Source: Desulfobulbaceae bacterium
GTDB taxonomy: Bacteria > Desulfobacterota > Desulfobulbia > Desulfobulbales > BM004
Assembly (NCBI GenBank): GCA_002868955.1
Contig: PKTW01000020.1
Location: 1-58,918 of the forward strand
Reading direction: 5' to 3'
Length of the DNA stretch: 58,918 nt
Shown here: positions 50,154-58,918 of the stretch, in pieces
Numbering within the stretch: position 1 is the stretch's first letter
How the letters are laid out: every line of letters starts with the position of its first letter
Notes under the pieces: model-generated
Database searches by the model: none
Told to the model about the DNA's origin: nothing
What the model saw: the letters and a program-made list of their open reading frames with translations, nothing else
Position numbers and translations under genes: made by a program

Positions 50154-51047
50154 ATGCTGGAAGATACAATCAAATCAGGTATGGTAGCCATTGTCGGGCC
50201 GCCCAATGCAGGTAAATCCACACTGCTGAATGCTTTGCTGGGGCAAAAGATTTCCATCGTAACACCCAAGCCCCAAACAACCCGAAACCGGATCATCGGT
50301 ATCGTCAATGATCCTGCCTACCAGATAGTTTTGCTCGATACGCCCGGCCTGCATAAGGCCAGGAAACCCCTTAACCTGGAAATGGTGAAAATAGCTGTGT
50401 CAAGCCTTGCAGAGGTTGATGTGGTCCTGTTTCTTATAGATGTTTCCCTGCCCCTGCCTGAAAGGCAGGCGCAGACGGTTGCATATCTCGAGTCCACAAC
50501 AGTTCCGGCAATTCTGGTTTTAAATAAGATCGATCTCCTGTCAAAGGCACAGATATTGCCGCTGATAGAGGTGTACTGCAATATCTATCCCTTTGCTGCA
50601 ATTATTCCGGTTTCTGCCCTTTTGAAAAGTGGTACAGATGTGTTGCTGCAGGAACTTCTTCGGCTTTTGCCTGCTGGTTCCAAATTCTATCCGGAGGATA
50701 TCCCGACAGATGCAAGCGAGCGCTTTATAGTTGGGGAGATTATCCGGGAAAAGATTTTTCTTTTAACCGGCCAGGAAATCCCCTATTCTACAGCAGTTGT
50801 GATTGACAGCTTCAAAGAAGACGATAATAGGTCGCTTGTGACAATTCATGCAACAATAGTTGTCGAGAAGTCTTCACAAAAAGCGATTATCATTGGCAAG
50901 AAAGGTTCAAAGCTCCAACAGATAGGAAAAAATGCCCGTCTGGATATAGAAAAACTCCTGGGACAACGCGTTTTGTTAAAGCTTTGGGTCAAGGTTCACA
51001 AAAACTGGACCAAGGATATGCGCTTTATCCGTGAATTGGGCTTTTGA
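50154..51047 (+). CDS. era: GTPase Era
   Basis: G1 motif GPPNAGKSTLLN, DTPG, NKID, and a C-terminal KH domain. I prefer the ATG at 50154 over the track's TTG at 50142. Confidence 0.94.
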   Translation: MLEDTIKSGMVAIVGPPNAGKSTLLNALLGQKISIVTPKPQTTRNRIIGIVNDPAYQIVLLDTPGLHKARKPLNLEMVKIAVSSLAEVDVVLFLIDVSLPLPERQAQTVAYLESTTVPAILVLNKIDLLSKAQILPLIEVYCNIYPFAAIIPVSALLKSGTDVLLQELLRLLPAGSKFYPEDIPTDASERFIVGEIIREKIFLLTGQEIPYSTAVVIDSFKEDDNRSLVTIHATIVVEKSSQKAIIIGKKGSKLQQIGKNARLDIEKLLGQRVLLKLWVKVHKNWTKDMRFIRELGF

Positions 51048-51101
51048 GGAGGAACCGTCTCCCTGCTCCTCCGGGTTTAAGGTGCAATTGCCCGGGATGC
51101 A

Positions 51102-52457
51102 TTACTTATCGGCACCCTGCCCGGAAAGCACATTCAGGCTTTTGAGAACAAGCAGTGCGGTGCTGAGCTGGTTGTCGTCCTTGAGCTTTTCTTTTGTTGC
51201 CTCTTCAATCGTGACCTTATCTGAAATCAAGTTGCTTTCATCGATGGTCGGAGGCTGGGGTTTCTCATCTGCAGGTTGCAAGTCGCCTCCATTTTCAAGG
51301 TGATGCCGCAAATCCTTTTCCCTGAAAAATTCCCCGGGTCCCTTTGGGGTGTCTTCTTCAGCAGCAACACTTTTAGGAACAAGAACATCGGGGGTAATAC
51401 CGGTTGCCTGGATGGAGGTTCCGCTTGGCGTATAATACCGTGCAGTAGTGAGTCGCAGTCCGGCACCGTCGGCCATGGGGATGATGGTCTGCACAGAGCC
51501 CTTACCAAAGGACTGGGTGCCAAGAATGAGTGCTCTTTTATGATCCTGCAGGGCTCCGGCCACAATCTCTGATGCAGAGGCAGTGCCGCCGTTTATCAAA
51601 ATGACTATGGGGAAATCGTATTCCGCTCCGCCGCTGTGTGCTGAAAATTCCATATTCTGGTCTTGAAGACGGCCCTTGGTGGAAACAATAATGCCTTCAT
51701 CCAGAAAAATGTCCACGATCTTTACCGAAGAATCCAGAAGCCCCCCCGGGTTATTACGCAGGTCAAGAACTAATCCTTTAAGAGCTCCTTCTTTAATTAG
51801 GTCTTCAAGGCTGTTCTGTAGGTCCTGAGAGGTGTTTCTCTGGAAGTTGGTGATCCGGATATATCCGTATCCGGTTTCAAGAACACTGTCGCGCACAGAG
51901 TGAATCGGTATTACGTCCCTGATAATGGTAAACTCCTGCAGGTCTGTCCAGTCTTCGCGATGAATTGAAATGGTGACCTCAGAACCTTTTTGCCCACGTA
52001 GTTTTTTTATAGCGTCAAGTAATGACATTTCCTTGGTGGATTCGCCCTCAATCTTAATGATCCTGTCTCCTGCCTGGATGCCTGCCTTGAAGGCAGGAGT
52101 GTCCTCAATGGGCGAGACAACGGTAAGCATGTCGTCCTTGAGGGTAATTTCAATACCAATGCCGCTGAAAGTGCCCGTAGTTTCGACCTGGAGTTCCTTG
52201 AAATCATCCGGTTTTAAAAAGGAGGAATGGGGGTCCAGGCTTGTGAGCATTCCCTTAATTGCTCCCTCAATGGTTTCCTGCGTGTCAATGTCATCGACAT
52301 AATTCTGTTGGACGATGCTGAGGACATTTGCGAAGACCTCGAGATTCTTATAGGTTTCCTGCGCATCATCATATGATTCCAGGGCCTGAAGGTTCCTGGC
52401 AAAGAATAGAGGGAGAATAAGAAGCGTGATGGGGAGAACTTTTTTAAACGTAATCAT
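51102..52457 (-). CDS. ctpA: S41 family C-terminal processing peptidase
   Basis: Signal peptide, PDZ domain (GIQAGDRIIKIEG), catalytic Ser in GGTASASEI and Lys in SFGKGSVQ. Confidence 0.9.
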   Translation of the reverse strand: MITFKKVLPITLLILPLFFARNLQALESYDDAQETYKNLEVFANVLSIVQQNYVDDIDTQETIEGAIKGMLTSLDPHSSFLKPDDFKELQVETTGTFSGIGIEITLKDDMLTVVSPIEDTPAFKAGIQAGDRIIKIEGESTKEMSLLDAIKKLRGQKGSEVTISIHREDWTDLQEFTIIRDVIPIHSVRDSVLETGYGYIRITNFQRNTSQDLQNSLEDLIKEGALKGLVLDLRNNPGGLLDSSVKIVDIFLDEGIIVSTKGRLQDQNMEFSAHSGGAEYDFPIVILINGGTASASEIVAGALQDHKRALILGTQSFGKGSVQTIIPMADGAGLRLTTARYYTPSGTSIQATGITPDVLVPKSVAAEEDTPKGPGEFFREKDLRHHLENGGDLQPADEKPQPPTIDESNLISDKVTIEEATKEKLKDDNQLSTALLVLKSLNVLSGQGADK

Positions 52458-52776
52458 AGTATTCCTGTCTGTAGGGGCCTTTTAATGCGGGGAATATGAG
52501 GATTTTATCGGCCAAAAAGAAATTTGTTCAGTTTTGCAACTACACGAAGTGTTATGCATAAAATTATTACGTTATCATGCTGTACATCTTCAAACAATAT
52601 AATATTAAGCTGCGGAAAGTCCAACAATGAATAGTGCAGAATATAAATTTTACCGTTTAGCTGACCGCTTGTCCGCGCTAACAAGTGAATTTAGCAGCGA
52701 GGAGCAAGGATAAAAACAGACAAGAGTTGGTAATAAGGCCGCCTTGCAACAAGAGTTCTATTTTCGAAACATTCTA

Positions 52777-54168
52777 TCAGGGAAGCAATTGGACTTTCTG
52801 GGTTGAGGTTTCGAGTGGTAGGGCGTCATTTTTTAGCCACAACATGGGATCCTCAGGGGTTGAGCCCTTGCGAATTTCAAAATGAAGACCCTTGCCGTAA
52901 AGAGGATCTCCTTCACCCGTCATGCCAATAATCTCTCCGGTTGTGACTTTTTCACCTTCCTTTTTGTAAAAGTCAGCTGCCCTCGAAATGAGTGAGAAGT
53001 ACTGTTGCCCATGGTCAATGATAAGGAGATTTCCATAGCCGCGCAGGTAGCCTGAATGGATAATCTTGCCATCGTAAACAGCCTTGATTTCCTCACCTTT
53101 TTTTACTCTGATATCGATCCCATCCGCTATGGTGAATGAATCAAACTTGCCCGGGACTTTTTGTCTGAAAAAAGTGATAACAGCTCCAGGGACAGGGGGA
53201 TCGAGTAATCCTTTCCGGCCTGGAAAACCTTCTTGGACAACGGCTTTTTCTTGCGGCAGTTTTTTCTTAGCTGTATCAATTAGGCGCACAGGTTGTGGCG
53301 CAGCTGGCTGTGGTTGGGATGCTGCCTGCAGCCTTTGCAAGGTTTCAGCCAGATCAGTAGCTGCTTCTTCAATTTCCAAAACAGCTTGTTCATAAAGATG
53401 CTGTTCTGTGTTTACCTGTTTGAGAAGGTAGCTTTTTTCTTCGCGAATCCGGGTAAACTGTAATTCATTTTCGCTTACTTCATTCGCCAGTTTCATAAGG
53501 CGCAATTTTTCCCGCGCATGTTCCTCCCGGGCAATATTCGACGCCTTGAGCTGGGCGAGATATTCCTGGATAATGGCATGGTCATGCTGCACCATGAGGC
53601 TAAAATACTCTTTAAAATCAAGAAGTTCCGGCAGTGATTCTGAAGCAAATACGACATTCATCAGTCCGACTGAACCCATGCGGTAATAGGATGCCAGCCT
53701 GTTTTTTACATGCACCTGATGTGCCCTTTTTTCAGCGAGGACCTGCTTGAGGTACTCCTGTTTGTCAGCGAGGAGTAATTCCTGCTTTTCAGTTTCTGCC
53801 CGGAGGGAGGCAAGCATATTTTTTTGAGCCTCGAGCTCCCTTTCAATTTTTTCCAGTTCTCCAAGCAGGTTTCTTTCCTTTTTTCTGGAATCGAGGATTT
53901 TTATTTTATGATCAATTATGCCTTCCTGCAGTTTCCGGATTGTGGCATTTTTTTCTATTATTTCCTGTTGTTGTTCTTTCGTGAGTTTATTGCGGTTAGA
54001 TTCTTGCGGATTGTCCGGAGAATTTGCTTCCTGGGCATAAGCGATGTGGTTGATGCCTGTTCCAGGAAAACTGCTGGGAATAAAAGAGCAGGCAGATACG
54101 AGTGAAAAAAACAAGACGCGCACCGGCTTTATAGCATATATCTTCAATGTGTGACGCAGGATTCTCAT
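52777..54168 (-). CDS. envC: EnvC-like murein hydrolase activator (coiled coil + degenerate LytM/M23 domain)
   Basis: A long coiled-coil region followed by an M23 fold in which the first metal ligand is lost (ADGIDI instead of HxGxD) and HxH is reduced to GLHFE. It lies directly downstream of ftsEX. Confidence 0.82.
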   Translation of the reverse strand: MRILRHTLKIYAIKPVRVLFFSLVSACSFIPSSFPGTGINHIAYAQEANSPDNPQESNRNKLTKEQQQEIIEKNATIRKLQEGIIDHKIKILDSRKKERNLLGELEKIERELEAQKNMLASLRAETEKQELLLADKQEYLKQVLAEKRAHQVHVKNRLASYYRMGSVGLMNVVFASESLPELLDFKEYFSLMVQHDHAIIQEYLAQLKASNIAREEHAREKLRLMKLANEVSENELQFTRIREEKSYLLKQVNTEQHLYEQAVLEIEEAATDLAETLQRLQAASQPQPAAPQPVRLIDTAKKKLPQEKAVVQEGFPGRKGLLDPPVPGAVITFFRQKVPGKFDSFTIADGIDIRVKKGEEIKAVYDGKIIHSGYLRGYGNLLIIDHGQQYFSLISRAADFYKKEGEKVTTGEIIGMTGEGDPLYGKGLHFEIRKGSTPEDPMLWLKNDALPLETSTQKVQLLP

Positions 54169-54169
54169 G

Positions 54170-55057
54170 TCAGATGCGCATGAATTTTCGCATGGACGAA
54201 AAACTGCCTCCTATGCAAAGAGTAATACTGGCAGTGACAATTATCGAGATAATCGGAGGAGAGAAGAAAGTAAAATCGACAAGCTGCAGTATCCCAGGGC
54301 CTGTAAAACGCAACTGGATCCAGCGGTACAAAAAGAACAGGGCCAACAAGCCTAAAGAGGAGCCGAACAAACCCTGCAGAAAACCTTCAATGAGAAACGG
54401 GGTGCGGATATAATTGTTGGTCGCCCCCAATAACCGCAGTATTTCCAGCTCCGCCTGCCTGGCCACGACTGCCAGGCGAATGGTATACGCAACCATAAAG
54501 GTAGCGGTCATGATAAGAAGAATGCCGCTTAAAACGACAATGATCCGCAAAAGTTTGGTAAAATAATTAAAGCGCTCTATCCATTCCTGACCATATTGCA
54601 CTTTGATGGCCCCGGGCAGGGTGGAAAGATATTCAGAGAACCGTTGTATCTGGGCCAGGGTGTTGAGGCTTTTCTTGGGGTAGATCTCGATTGAAGGTGG
54701 CAGGAATGATGCGTCCAGGTCATCAAGCACATCGACATTGTCTCCCAATTGAATGGCAAGACGTTTGAAGGCATCATTTCTTGAGGTGAAACGTATCTCT
54801 TCAACCGGGCTGAAATTAATAATTTTTCGCACCAGTTGTGCCTGCATTTCCAGAACAGGCTCTTCTTCAAGGTATATGGTAAGCCGCAGATCATCCCCGA
54901 GTTTTTCACCTGTGTTAATCATGTTCGTATAAATCAAAAAGAAAAAGGAAAAGATCAGGACTGACAAACTCACGGTCAACAGGGTCATGAACTGCGTAGG
55001 CCAGGTCTTCTGAAGGTTACGGCTTGTTTGTAATGCAATGGTGCTGATAAATTTCAT
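54170..55057 (-). CDS. ftsX: Cell division ABC transporter permease-like protein FtsX
   Basis: Four TM helices with a large first periplasmic loop. It overlaps ftsE by 4 nt. Confidence 0.9.
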   Translation of the reverse strand: MKFISTIALQTSRNLQKTWPTQFMTLLTVSLSVLIFSFFFLIYTNMINTGEKLGDDLRLTIYLEEEPVLEMQAQLVRKIINFSPVEEIRFTSRNDAFKRLAIQLGDNVDVLDDLDASFLPPSIEIYPKKSLNTLAQIQRFSEYLSTLPGAIKVQYGQEWIERFNYFTKLLRIIVVLSGILLIMTATFMVAYTIRLAVVARQAELEILRLLGATNNYIRTPFLIEGFLQGLFGSSLGLLALFFLYRWIQLRFTGPGILQLVDFTFFSPPIISIIVTASITLCIGGSFSSMRKFMRI

Positions 55058-55773
55058 GGCATATTATTCGACGTGGAGGTTGTCATATCTGCCTGCGGTA
55101 AAAAGCGGCCGCTGTGCAACTCGAGTACACGATAATCTGCATCCCTGTAAATATCATTGTCGTGTGTGGCGATAATAACCGTTGTGCCTGAAATGTTGCA
55201 GTCCTCAAAAAGTTCCATGACAAGTTTTGTGGTTTTTGAATCCAGATTGCCGGTTGGTTCGTCAGCCAGAATTAGTCTTGGCGAGTTGGCTACCGCACGG
55301 GCAATGGCAACACGCTGCTGTTCGCCACGCGATAATCTTCCGGCCAGAGCATCATGCTTATGCTCTAGTCTGAGTTTCTGCAGCAATTCAATGACCCTGC
55401 TCTTTATGGCCCTGATGTTGTGGTAGGCAACCTCCATGGCCATGGAAATATTCTGGGCCACGGTCCTGTCGGCCAGAAGCTTGAAATCCTGGTAGGCCAT
55501 ACCGATCTGCTGGCGCAGCCAGGGTATTTCTTTGGCTTTTATGCGGTTCAGATCCTTGCCGGCCACCTCAACCAACCCCTTGTCAGGATGTTCTATGCCG
55601 CATATCAGTTTCAACAGTGTTGTCTTGCCGGCCCCGCTCATACCGGTCAGAAAAAGCATCTCACCGGCTGGAACGGACAACGAAATATCCTCGAGTGCCA
55701 CTACATCAGGAGAATATATCTTTGTGGCCCTGACAATCTCGATTATAGGTTTATTGACGGGTTTTGTTTCCAT
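55054..55773 (-). CDS. ftsE: Cell division ATP-binding protein FtsE
   Basis: Walker [10 protein letters not shown], signature LSRGEQQRV and Walker [13 protein letters not shown]. Confidence 0.93.
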   Translation of the reverse strand: METKPVNKPIIEIVRATKIYSPDVVALEDISLSVPAGEMLFLTGMSGAGKTTLLKLICGIEHPDKGLVEVAGKDLNRIKAKEIPWLRQQIGMAYQDFKLLADRTVAQNISMAMEVAYHNIRAIKSRVIELLQKLRLEHKHDALAGRLSRGEQQRVAIARAVANSPRLILADEPTGNLDSKTTKLVMELFEDCNISGTTVIIATHDNDIYRDADYRVLELHSGRFLPQADMTTSTSNNMP

Positions 55774-55938
55774 GAAGTAAAAAAGGCAAGGCCGGGATTA
55801 GCAATGGGTCGGAAAAGGGAATTTTGCATACTGTTTATATCCTAAATGAAAAATTCTTTAGCTTCCAGTACGTTATTTCAGACCTGAAGCAGTTTTTCTA
55901 TTACGATTACCAAGTTCTGTCAAGTCCAATCAAAAGGC

Positions 55939-56697
55939 CTATTTAATGATTTTTGAAAAAATTTCATAGGCTTGCTGTATGACGGTCGCATCTTCGGCCA
56001 GCTCAAGATATGATTTGCCGCTCAACTCCTGACGGATTAACTGGTTACTGCTAGAGATGATTCCTGCCAGTGGAAGATCGGTGCTCTCAGTGGTTTCTTT
56101 TATCTTGGCATACAGCTCGTCAGGTAAGGGGTCCGGAGTGCGGTTGACAATGAGATACTTTTCCTTAATTTCAATTTTCAATGGCTTGGTAAGTTCGGAA
56201 ATTCTTTTAGCCGTGAGAATGCCGCGGGCTGAAGGGTCTGAAATCACCAGCAGTATATCTATGGAGCGCAGGTTCATCCGGCTCAGATGTTCCATGCCCG
56301 CTTCATTGTCTACCAGGATAAACTTGTAGTTATCGGCCAGCTTGTCCATGGTCATGGCCAGATGCTGGTTGGCAGCACAGTAGCAGCCGGGGCCATCGGG
56401 CTGCCCCATTACAAGAAGATCAAAACCTGTGGCTTCAACCAGAGCCTGATGGACCTTCATTTCCATGAACTGGTCCCTGGTTATATGGGCAGGGACATCA
56501 CCCTTCAGATCTCTGCGTATTTCCCCAAGGGTGAGATCAACATCCATGTTCAGGAGTTCATTTAAATTGGCATTGGCATCTGCGTCCACTGCCAGGATAG
56601 GGGTTAAATTGTTGTGCAGCATGTAGTTTATGAGCAGGGCGGAAATAGTTGTTTTCCCGGTGCCGCCTTTCCCTGCCATGGCAATTACTTTTGGCAT
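55939..56697 (-). CDS. CooC/AcsF-family nickel-insertion P-loop ATPase (MinD/ParA superfamily)
   Basis: Deviant Walker A AGKGGTGKTT, the CxC metal motif GPGCYCAAN, and DNEAGMEHLSR, as I recall from CooC proteins. Confidence 0.75.
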   Translation of the reverse strand: MPKVIAMAGKGGTGKTTISALLINYMLHNNLTPILAVDADANANLNELLNMDVDLTLGEIRRDLKGDVPAHITRDQFMEMKVHQALVEATGFDLLVMGQPDGPGCYCAANQHLAMTMDKLADNYKFILVDNEAGMEHLSRMNLRSIDILLVISDPSARGILTAKRISELTKPLKIEIKEKYLIVNRTPDPLPDELYAKIKETTESTDLPLAGIISSSNQLIRQELSGKSYLELAEDATVIQQAYEIFSKIIK

Positions 56698-57154
56698 TTA
56701 TCCCTCGCAGCGGTAAAGGTTGTCTGTATTAAAGATGTATTTGCTGTATTGCAAGAGATCCAAATACATTTATTAAATCATGGTATTTCATTATTGGCAT
56801 GGTTGATTATATTAATCAGCCGTTTGCTTGTCAAACTGTAAACCCGGATTATTCTTGGGAATTGCTCCGAGGAGAGTATATCTGTGCATAATCCGGGTAT
56901 AGGCATACTATGGATACTTTACTGCCTGGTATGGGCTGAAAATTAAAGTCAAGATACTTCCACCGGGCAAGGGAACTTTACCCTTGCAACTTGCTTATTA
57001 CCTGTTATTTTAGCGGCAAAGCTTCATTAAATGCGCCTTGTCACTGAGTAACGGGCGGGAATTTTCTGATGGTATGAAGCAGGTTCTGACTCAATTTGGG
57101 TTCTGGCGGAGTTCAGAAGTATTTGTAACTGATGAGGAAAAGGAGCAATAAGAA

Positions 57155-58918
57155 ATGGATTATCGGGCAACCCTAAATCTGCCCCAAACAAATTTTAAGA
57201 TGAAGGCGAATCTGTCCCAGAAGGAACCTGAGTTTTTGAAGCAATGGGAAAAAGAGGACCTTTATGGACAGATAGAGGCTGAAACAAAAGACAAACCCCT
57301 TTATGTTCTTCATGATGGGCCGCCTTATGCAAACGGGCACATTCATCTTGGCACAGCTTTTAACAAGGTGCTCAAGGATATTATTCTTAAGTCAAAACGG
57401 ATGGCAGGTTATCACTGTCCCTATGTTCCCGGTTGGGATTGTCATGGTCTTCCCATAGAGCACAATGTTGACAAGGAACTGGGATCCAAAAAAAATGAGA
57501 TCCCCATCCTGTCTGTACGCGCAGCCTGCCGCAAATATGCTGAAAAATGGATAAAAATCCAGAAGGACGAGTTCAAGCGCCTTGGAGTTCTGGGGGATTG
57601 GGACAATCCATACCTGACAATCAATTATGGCTACGAAGCATCCATTGCCAGGGAATTCAACAGGTTTTTACTCTCTGGCGGGGTAATAAGGAGTAAAAAA
57701 CCTGTTTATTGGTGCTCATCATGCCGTACTGCTCTGGCTGAGGCTGAAGTGGAGTATCACGATCACGGCTCCCCATCAATTTATGTCAAGTTCCCAGTGC
57801 TGGATGACCTTGGGAAGGTGGTTCCGGAATTGGCTGAGGAAAAACTTGCAGGGCGGCAAGTCTTTGCCCTGATCTGGACCACCACGCCCTGGACCTTGCC
57901 GGCCAACCTGGCTGTAGCTTTTCATCCGGACTACAAGTATGGCGCGGTTGCGGTGGGAGATGAGATCTGGATCATGGCTGAAGACCTTATAGAGCAGGCA
58001 TTTGCCGGCTTCGATGAGGATGTGGTCAGCAGGGGGCACAAACTGCTCGCCACCTTTTCAGCACGAGATATTGAAGGGAAAAAATGCAGACATCCCTTCA
58101 TGGAGCGCGAGTCGCTTATTATTCTGGCCAATTATATAACGCTAGAAACGGGTACCGGCATTGTGCATACCGCACCCGGTCATGGGCGGGAAGACTACTT
58201 GAGCGGCCTGCAGTACAATCTGCCGATACTCTCTCCTGTTGATAGCGAGGGTGTTTTCACTGACGAAGCCGGGCCATATGCGGGGATGTTCATCTATGAT
58301 GCCAACAAACGCATTATCAGTGACCTGCATGAGAAGAGGTTCCTGGTCAAAGAAGCAGCTCTAACACACAGCTATCCCCACTGCTGGCGCTGTAAGAAGC
58401 CGGTTATTTTCCGGGCCACGGAACAGTGGTTCATCTCCATGGATAAAAACAACCTGCGGGAAATTGCCCTGCAGGAGATAAAAAAGGTTGCCTGGACGCC
58501 GCGTTGGGGCATGGAGCGCATCTACGGCATGGTCGAAGTCAGGCCTGATTGGTGTCTCTCGCGCCAACGCGCCTGGGGGGTGCCGCTTACCGTGTTTACC
58601 TGTGAGGATTGCGGTGAGGTGCTCAAGGATGAAACCGTAGCAGAAAAAATTGTTTCTGTTTTTACCGCAGAGGGTGCTGATGCCTGGTTTAAACATGACG
58701 CCTCCTATTTCATTGGGGAGAACCGCAGCTGCGCAAACTGCGGCGGGACATCTTTTATTAAAGAAAATGATATCCTTGACGTCTGGTTTGATTCAGGAGT
58801 CAGTTATGCCGCTGTCCTGGAAGAGAGAGAGGAACTCAGGGCGCCTGCCGATCTGTATTTGGAAGGCAGTGATCAGCATCGGGGATGGTTCCAGAGTTCT
58901 CTCCTTGCTTCGGTTGGA
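57155..58918 (+). CDS. ileS: Isoleucine--tRNA ligase, N-terminal 588 codons (continues beyond the window)
   Basis: ATG at 57155 after AAGGAG. Begins MDYRATLNLPQTNFKMKANL, with HIGH region PPYANGHIHLGTA, editing-domain motifs and CWRCKKPVIFRATEQWF. The frame stays open to the window edge. Confidence 0.95.
   Translation, partial: MDYRATLNLPQTNFKMKANLSQKEPEFLKQWEKEDLYGQIEAETKDKPLYVLHDGPPYANGHIHLGTAFNKVLKDIILKSKRMAGYHCPYVPGWDCHGLPIEHNVDKELGSKKNEIPILSVRAACRKYAEKWIKIQKDEFKRLGVLGDWDNPYLTINYGYEASIAREFNRFLLSGGVIRSKKPVYWCSSCRTALAEAEVEYHDHGSPSIYVKFPVLDDLGKVVPELAEEKLAGRQVFALIWTTTPWTLPANLAVAFHPDYKYGAVAVGDEIWIMAEDLIEQAFAGFDEDVVSRGHKLLATFSARDIEGKKCRHPFMERESLIILANYITLETGTGIVHTAPGHGREDYLSGLQYNLPILSPVDSEGVFTDEAGPYAGMFIYDANKRIISDLHEKRFLVKEAALTHSYPHCWRCKKPVIFRATEQWFISMDKNNLREIALQEIKKVAWTPRWGMERIYGMVEVRPDWCLSRQRAWGVPLTVFTCEDCGEVLKDETVAEKIVSVFTAEGADAWFKHDASYFIGENRSCANCGGTSFIKENDILDVWFDSGVSYAAVLEEREELRAPADLYLEGSDQHRGWFQSSLLASVG

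Noticed and set aside
56698-57154. Possible T-box riboswitch upstream of ileS.
   Set aside because: I could not find the conserved T-box core (a GGTGGTACCGCG-like sequence), a specifier-loop/antiterminator arrangement, or a terminator with a U-run.
1-58918. Searched for CRISPR arrays, IS or transposase ends, integrases, toxin-antitoxin or defence-island signatures, rRNA, tmRNA, RNase P and SRP RNA.
   Set aside because: I could support none of them. Apart from the 1540-1935 repeat, the window is densely packed housekeeping DNA, and the only RNA gene is the single tRNA-Gln.

Overview
This 58.9-kb window is chromosomal core DNA with about 55 genes. I found no rRNA, CRISPR array, transposase, integrase or phage genes. 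From gene content (hypC/hypA, a cooC-type ATPase, a sigma54 regulator, a selenocysteine recoding site) and the mid-range G+C, I infer an anaerobic Desulfobacterota-like (deltaproteobacterial) origin.

Gene order, left to right:
- A fused hisHF (its 3' end runs off the window), a G+C-rich palindromic repeat island, a dienelactone hydrolase and gltX.
- On the plus strand: serA, a DUF1844 gene, ispE, tRNA-Gln, prs, rplY, pth, carD, rluD, coaE, rho, rpmE, prfA, prmC and murA.
- A sigma54-type two-component pair.
- hypC, hypA, a DsbA-like gene interrupted by an in-frame TGA, phoH and a ybeY-pdxJ fusion.
- A radical-SAM gene followed by a histidine kinase.
- A complete minus-strand dcw cluster: mraZ, rsmH, ftsL, an ftsI-like gene, murE-murF, mraY, murD, murG, murC, murB, ftsQ, ftsA, ftsZ.
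- An RNase II-family gene and era.
- ftsE, ftsX, envC and ctpA.
- An orphan cooC-like ATPase and the 5' part of ileS.

Observations most worth a second look:
1. A DsbA-like oxidoreductase whose first active-site Cys codon is TGA, with a SECIS-like hairpin 7 nt downstream. This is probably a selenoprotein that automated calling would split in two.
2. A remodelled dcw cluster. The FtsI homologue has lost all three penicillin-binding motifs (ELAL replaces STxK) but carries a C-terminal PASTA domain. ftsW and ddl are absent, and murE and murF are fused.
3. Two further in-frame fusions: ybeY-pdxJ and a HIS7-like hisH-hisF.
4. A roughly 400-bp imperfect palindrome built from two diverged copies of a G+C-rich repeat.

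All calls come from reading translations and motifs by eye. No database search was possible.
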